Below are positions 58,811 to 64,000 of a stretch of DNA of 64,000 nucleotides, one piece after another. The translations under genes were made by a program, and so were the position numbers. The notes below the pieces were generated by a model. It did no database searches. It had not been told where the DNA came from and saw only the letters and a list, made by a program, of their open reading frames with translations. Numbering within the stretch: the first letter of the stretch is position 1; every line of letters begins with the position of its first letter. This stretch comes from a virus (taxonomy: Duplodnaviria; Caudoviricetes): positions 8,929-72,928 of IMG/VR virus record IMGVR_UViG_3300021387_000535. One strand, 5' to 3'.

Positions 58811-58875
58811 CAGGCATGATGTTAAACAAGGAGAATGTAAATGATATATATATGATTATAAAGACCAAAAAAAAT

Positions 58876-59244
58876 ATGACAAATATAGAAATAAAACTTG
58901 AATTGGCAAAAGCATTGTTGCTAAGTAAAAGAGAATGCCATTCTTCTTTAGGCGAAATCTATAAATGGGTAACAACGGAGGAAAAAGAATCAAGTGTTGT
59001 AGAACCTTATTCGTTTTTCAACGACAAGCCGATAAGTTTAATTTTAGACTACCAACGCGGACATTTGGGTGTTAGGAAGCTCGAAGAAGTATTTGACAAA
59101 TACAACGTGAATACGATTGGTGATTTGTTACGTATTGGCCGCGCAAATTTTATTGCGATGTGTGATGGTAAGAAAAATTCTATTGTTAAGATAGACGAGG
59201 CGCTTGATAATCTTTACGGAATGCTTAGTTGGAACAAACAATAA
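58876..59244 (+). CDS. Protein with RNA polymerase alphaCTD-like C-terminus
   Basis: LGVRKLEEVFDKYNVNTIGDLLRIG...GKKNSIVKIDEAL resembles alphaCTD. Confidence 0.55.
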   Translation: MTNIEIKLELAKALLLSKRECHSSLGEIYKWVTTEEKESSVVEPYSFFNDKPISLILDYQRGHLGVRKLEEVFDKYNVNTIGDLLRIGRANFIAMCDGKKNSIVKIDEALDNLYGMLSWNKQ

Positions 59245-59465
59245 TATAAAAACATTAAGATTTATGGAAAGATTCATTTTATCAAAACAACGGCAACCTA
59301 CATTGCCCCGTGTTTGAAACACGCGAAGAAGCGGAACGAACGTTTAACTATCAAGTCCGCATGGAACATGTTGTAACTCTCGACTTGCCAGACGGCTATG
59401 TTTGTGAAGAAAAAAGATGTAAGAGTTGTGACCATTGTTGTTTAACAAGAAAAGATTAGTGTATT

Positions 59466-59648
59466 ATGATTACATGGAAAGCTACAATCAAGGAAAAGAA
59501 TAACGAGCATATACTAACGCCAGAATACTTAGTACCAGATGACGTCGCGCATGATTATATAGACGAAAAGTATTTAATAGACTTCTGGGGTTTAGAGAAT
59601 GATGACGTTGAATGGTATAAAATAGAAAAAAGTGTCTTGAAGCTTTAA
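59466..59648 (+). CDS. Hypothetical acidic protein
   Basis: YLIDFWGLENDDVEWY. Confidence 0.55.
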   Translation: MITWKATIKEKNNEHILTPEYLVPDDVAHDYIDEKYLIDFWGLENDDVEWYKIEKSVLKL

Positions 59649-59683
59649 TCGTTTATTTAAAAGAAAAGAAAGGAAACAAAAGA

Positions 59684-60163
59684 ATGGAAGAACAAGCAAA
59701 AAAGATTGCCAATTATTTTAATCCGAAAGTGTATTATAGTGTCGATAATGTTTATGATGACAAGTGGATAGGAACGTTATCAATCGGCGAGTATTATTAC
59801 GAGACAAATCCATACGATAAGAAGGAAGATGCCATATCGGATATTAGTCAATGTATGTTCAATATCAAAAGGCAAATAGAAACGGCATTAAAATCTTTTG
59901 TCGAAGAAAACACTACCGAGAAGAATAATGCACAATCGGATAATTCAATAGAAGTGTTTATTACAAACAACAATGCAAGCATTAGACTCCGTAGTGCTAT
60001 TGCACGCATATTAAGGGACAACGAAGGTGGTCGTAATATTTCCGTGACCGAGTTTACAAATAAGTATAAACGTCGTTATTTTCGCTGTTGTCGTGGTGTT
60101 GGAAACTACACGTTAAACGAATTAACGAGTTTGTTTGAAGCAAACAATATTACATGGGATTGA
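59684..60163 (+). CDS. Protein with alphaCTD/HhH-like C-terminus
   Basis: SIRLRSAI...SVTEF...FRCCRGVGNYTLNEL. Confidence 0.5.
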   Translation: MEEQAKKIANYFNPKVYYSVDNVYDDKWIGTLSIGEYYYETNPYDKKEDAISDISQCMFNIKRQIETALKSFVEENTTEKNNAQSDNSIEVFITNNNASIRLRSAIARILRDNEGGRNISVTEFTNKYKRRYFRCCRGVGNYTLNELTSLFEANNITWD

Positions 60164-60183
60164 TGTTAAAAATGTTAATATAC

Positions 60184-60214
60184 TTTGTGCAAGTAAAAAT
60201 TATAACTACATTTG
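60184..60214 (+). promoter_or_regulatory. Promoter for the hairpin leader/tRNA-like transcript
   Basis: TTTG-N19-TACATTTG. Confidence 0.7.
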
Positions 60215-60414
60215 CATTCAATATCGCATATTGTTTTTTTAGATTTTGTTTTTGACGACACGCCTGTGAAGGTACGTACATCTTTTATTTCAATTTATTT
60301 TTTTAGTTAGTAGTTTTGTTTACTGTATTTAATTTTTCTACAACCCGTGAGGGCAACGTTTTTTTTATTCATCTTATTAAAAATTCAACATTAGCCCTCA
60401 GCGGAGGGCAACTT

Positions 60415-60484
60415 GGGAGAGGGATTTACTATCCGATGGCTAAACCACTATGGTGTAGGGTGTTCGATTCACCTCCTCCCACCA
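60415..60484 (+). ncRNA. Non-canonical tRNA-like RNA with encoded CCA
   Basis: GGGAG(A)G/CCTCCC-A-CCA; T-arm GGGTG-TTCGATT-CACCT; aberrant D and anticodon arms. Confidence 0.5.
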
Positions 60485-60513
60485 ATTAGTATTAACAATT
60501 AAAACAAAGTGAT

Positions 60514-62933
60514 ATGAGAAAGATAAACATCAATAATCCAGATGAACTTAAGAAGTTCAAGATGGAAACAAGTGGCTTCGTGTCAACTTATGGCTTTCCA
60601 TACAGGCTTGATGACCTTACGGAAAAGGGTGCTAATTATACTATTTTCTGCCCTCTCAGATGGAAGTCAGCTTTCTCTCCTGCTAAATTACATAAGTTAT
60701 TACGGGAAGATGTAGATGCTGACGTGATAAAAGTTGAATATATTGATTTTGTCAAAGAAGAAATAACAAAAGATAAAGCAAATGGAATATGGAACGTAGA
60801 TTATTTTTAATCCTATTAGCACTTTCCGCCTTGATGATGGTGGGGTGCTATCAAGTAAAGGCTTATCATAATAAACAAATAGACCTTGTTGGTGATTATA
60901 AAATAAAAACCATAGTGTATCAAGGTTGTGAATATATTGTAATGGACAGTCATTACCAAATGCGTTCAGTTATAACTCACAAAGGCAATTGCCGATTCTG
61001 CAAGGAGCGTAGACAAAAGGAATTGAAAGAACTTGTTGAACAATTAAAAATAAAAGATAAGGAGAAATAAGATATGATTATATTTTGGATTATTTACATA
61101 TTAGGCATTATAGCAACAATATGGACTTTCTACCATAATTTAAGTAGCGGGTATGAAATAACTATATCTGAATTATTGTTTATTATAATAGGTTCTTTAT
61201 TTTCGTGGATTGGTTTCGTTATATTAATAATGTCAATATACGGAGATGAAACGATGTTTAAAAAGAAATGACTATGATTAAAGAAGCATATTGTTCTTTT
61301 GAAGTAGCAAAGTTACTTAAAGAAAAGGGATTTAATGAGGAAGTCATAAGTTATTATGATACTGACGGACAAGGGTATTTTATTTCACCAAGAGAATGTA
61401 ATATTGGTACAGGAAGCGTATATGCTGCACCAACTCACCAAATGGCAATGAAGTGGTTGAGGGAAGTATATGGTCTTTTCATATCTATAAATCTTGACGA
61501 CTTGGATTGGAGTTTTCAAATGTTTGACATAAAAAACAGAAACGAAAATATGGAACCAACATGTTTGTCTGATAGTTATGCTTGTCACAAATGTTACGAA
61601 GATGCCGTCGAAGCAGCATTAAAGTATACACTTGAAAATTTGATTTAACTATGACACAATATATAGATAAAGTCGTTGTAACAAAATTACGACAAAAAGT
61701 ACAAGATGCTTTATTGAAATCCGCTATTGATTATTATGAAGCAGAAAGGGCTTGTTGTGAGATAGCAGCTCCTCAACAATGGGAAGAAGATAGAAAGAAC
61801 GCATACGATGAATTTATCTGGAGATGTCAAGACTATCAGATTGTTAATGAATCAGACAATATTGATTTAGAAGATTTAAATTACGATTATTTATGAAAAA
61901 ATATATTGATAAATCTGCTTTAGTAGCAGAGATAGAGAAAAGATTATCTCTTCTTGAAAACGGTACAGGTGATTCCGAAGTAATGAAAAGAGTTGAGGGT
62001 GTAATAAAAGGATATAAGAGTATTCTTTCTTTTCTTAACACTCTTGAAGAAAAAGAGTTGGACACTTGGCATTTACAAGAAAAGGAAAATATATATGATG
62101 CAGTTAAAGATTGGAATCTTCACACATTTGCGTGTATAATGAAAGATGGAACAATCCAAAGATTTAGTGGAATTCTTGATGAAGATTGTGAAGGTCACAT
62201 TAGTGTACATATAGATGGGGTTAATGATGATTATGACAATGTTGATGATATTGTAAAATGAATAGAATATACTTAAAGTACAGAAAGGAAAATAAGTTAT
62301 GAAAGCAAATGAATTAATGATTGGAGATTGGGTAAGATGTGGTAAACGTCGTTATATGAAAGTTACTCAATTAGCAGAAAATATGGATTGTGATGATATT
62401 AACCCAGTTCATCTCACACCAGAGATTCTTGAAAAGAATGGCTTTGTAGCTAATAAACACGTTTATCCTTATCCCTATTATGAATTTATAAATAAAGAAG
62501 ATAAATTAAAAGTTGGATTTGCATTTCCACAAGGAAATAGAACATCATATAAAGACCCTTGGGTTTATATTGATTCAGAACGTGTTTTTGTTGAACATCT
62601 ACCTTGTATGTTTGTTCACGAACTCCAACACGCATTAAAACTTTGTGGAATTGAAAAAGAGATTGAATTATGAAAGCAAACGAAGCACCAGAGAAGATTT
62701 ATTTATACCCAAGTGATAGATCAGGTGAAGAATATGAAGACGAGTGGGGTACTATGCCTTGGGGTGAAGATTATGTTGAATACACCCGCACTGATGCCTT
62801 TATTGAGAAAGCTTGTGTGAAACTAAAGAAGTTAATGTATGATAACCTTATGTTTCAAGGCAGATTGCATCGTGAAGAAGTTATTGACAATTTTGTTGAA
62901 AAATTTCAAAAAAACTATATGAAAGGAGAATAA
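60514..62933 (+). CDS. Eight small genes (60514-60810; 60789-61070 lipoprotein MVG-C; 61074-61271 membrane; 61268-61648; 61651-61896; 61893-62261; 62299-62673; 62670-62933)
   Basis: Overlapping, coupled ORFs in an AT-rich module. Confidence 0.6.
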
Positions 62934-62937
62934 AATT

Positions 62938-63672
62938 ATGAAGAGTTATACTGACGAAATATGGAAAGATGTTGTTGGGTGGGAAGGACTTTATAAAGTA
63001 TCTTCTTACGGAAGGGTTAAGTCTTTTCGTAAAAAAGCGCCACATATTTTATCCTCTTGCGTTGGTAAACATGGATATAATGTTGTATTGTTGCATGATG
63101 GTAAAGGGAAAAGAAAAAATGAAAGAGTACACAGATTAGTGGCACAGGCCTTTATTCCTAACACCAACAATTATCCATATATTAACCACAAAGATGAAAA
63201 TAAAACCAATAATTGTGTAAACAATTTGGAGTGGTGTACTGCCGAATACAACTCAAACTATGGCACATGCAAAGAACGTATTGCAGATAGTAACAGTAAA
63301 GCAATTTTAAAATATGATTTGGAAGGAAATTATATCCGCGAGTATAAAAGTATGGCAGAAGCAGAAAGAGTTGAAGGTATAAATCACGCTGCCATAAGTA
63401 TATGTTGCAGCGGAAGAGTATCTTACCAATGCGGATATATTTGGATATATAAAGGAGACGAGAATACATTGCAAGAAAGGGTTCAAAGAGTAAAAAGAGT
63501 ATATAAACCAAGAAAGGTTGCTATGTATGACTTGAAAGGAAAATATATCAAAACTTATAGCTCTGTCTTGCAAGCATCAAAAGATACAGAGGACTCTTAC
63601 ATACAAATTGATAGACAACTAAAAACAGGAAAAATAACAAAAAACATTAAGCATATATGGAAACAAGTATAA
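62938..63672 (+). CDS. NUMOD4-HNH endonuclease with two NUMOD1 repeats
   Basis: WKDVVGWEGLYKVSSYG; HRLVAQAF; INHKDENKTNNCVNNLEW. Confidence 0.9.
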   Translation: MKSYTDEIWKDVVGWEGLYKVSSYGRVKSFRKKAPHILSSCVGKHGYNVVLLHDGKGKRKNERVHRLVAQAFIPNTNNYPYINHKDENKTNNCVNNLEWCTAEYNSNYGTCKERIADSNSKAILKYDLEGNYIREYKSMAEAERVEGINHAAISICCSGRVSYQCGYIWIYKGDENTLQERVQRVKRVYKPRKVAMYDLKGKYIKTYSSVLQASKDTEDSYIQIDRQLKTGKITKNIKHIWKQV

Positions 63673-64000
63673 ATAACAAATGCAAGGCTTTTACTTCGCT
63701 TGAACAGTCAAAGAAATTAGCAGAAATTCTGCCTCTTGAGAGCGCGGATATGCACCTTACGAACTCTTCTATAAAAGGGGAGATGTACGTTGATGAGTTC
63801 AAGCCAGTACTAGTGCAGTATTTACGAGCAAAGGATTCATTGGATGCCTATTCCAAAATCGTCAATAACATGATAGCATGGGAAGTAATCCCCTGTTGGA
63901 GTCTTGCAGCATTGCTTGGTGTTTTACCGGAAATTCAAGGTAGCAAACCAGTAATAGCACTTGATGACAATTATATTACATATCCACACATGAGTGGTTT
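63657..64000 (+). CDS. Hypothetical protein, 3' end beyond window
   Basis: ATG 63657: METSINNKCKAFTSLEQSKKLAEILPLESADM...PCWSLAALL; open to the window end. Confidence 0.65.
   Translation, partial: METSINNKCKAFTSLEQSKKLAEILPLESADMHLTNSSIKGEMYVDEFKPVLVQYLRAKDSLDAYSKIVNNMIAWEVIPCWSLAALLGVLPEIQGSKPVIALDDNYITYPHMSG

Noticed and set aside
59265-59459. Protein-like frame WKDSFYQ...FETREEAE...RKD
   Set aside because: No in-frame start codon after the upstream stop. It may be a remnant, but I cannot support it as a gene.
1-64000. Diversity-generating retroelement
   Set aside because: No reverse transcriptase, and I saw no TR/VR pair with A-specific mismatches in the fibre genes. One could lie outside the window.
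1-64000. Stop-codon reassignment
   Set aside because: Long genes are intact in code 11, and TAA, TAG and TGA all terminate coupled genes.

Overview
The window is part of a long-tailed (siphovirus-like) dsDNA phage genome, probably infecting Bacteroidales (Prevotella-like). Host evidence: many TTTG-N19-21-TAnnTTTG promoters, AT-rich non-Shine-Dalgarno initiation regions and a DUF3127 gene. Layout: 1-15.8 kb (-) tail fibres and tail proteins, spanin, endolysin, holin, portal and TerL. 16-29.8 kb (+) scaffold, capsid, head-tail, tail tube, frameshifted chaperone, tape measure and distal tail. 29.9-42.9 kb (-) replication and DNA-modification genes: SSBs, AEP primase-SF4 helicase, glycosyltransferase pair, initiator, two MTases, HNH, ASCH-like and PAPS-reductase-like. 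43-44.5 kb is a divergent non-coding region with a skew switch (ori or pac candidate). 44.5-64 kb (+) early/accessory genes: AAA+/vWA pair, serine recombinase, tRNA-Gln, an intein-split MTase, alphaCTD-like proteins and NUMOD/HNH genes. The best-supported novel item is a 614-bp transposase-less cassette (26-bp TIRs, exact 8-bp target duplication, IS1595/ISNwi-like ends). It has disrupted a phage gene and carries a single passenger gene with a 'LTESDL' N-terminal leader that I recall from jumbo phages. Other candidates: a large structured ncRNA, two non-canonical tRNA-like RNAs, GTGA-loop hairpin leaders, a dispersed ~70-bp bipartite palindrome, a stop-codon-adjacent junction repeat and strong CAG/CTG depletion in core genes. 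All family assignments come from motif recognition by eye; no database searches were run.
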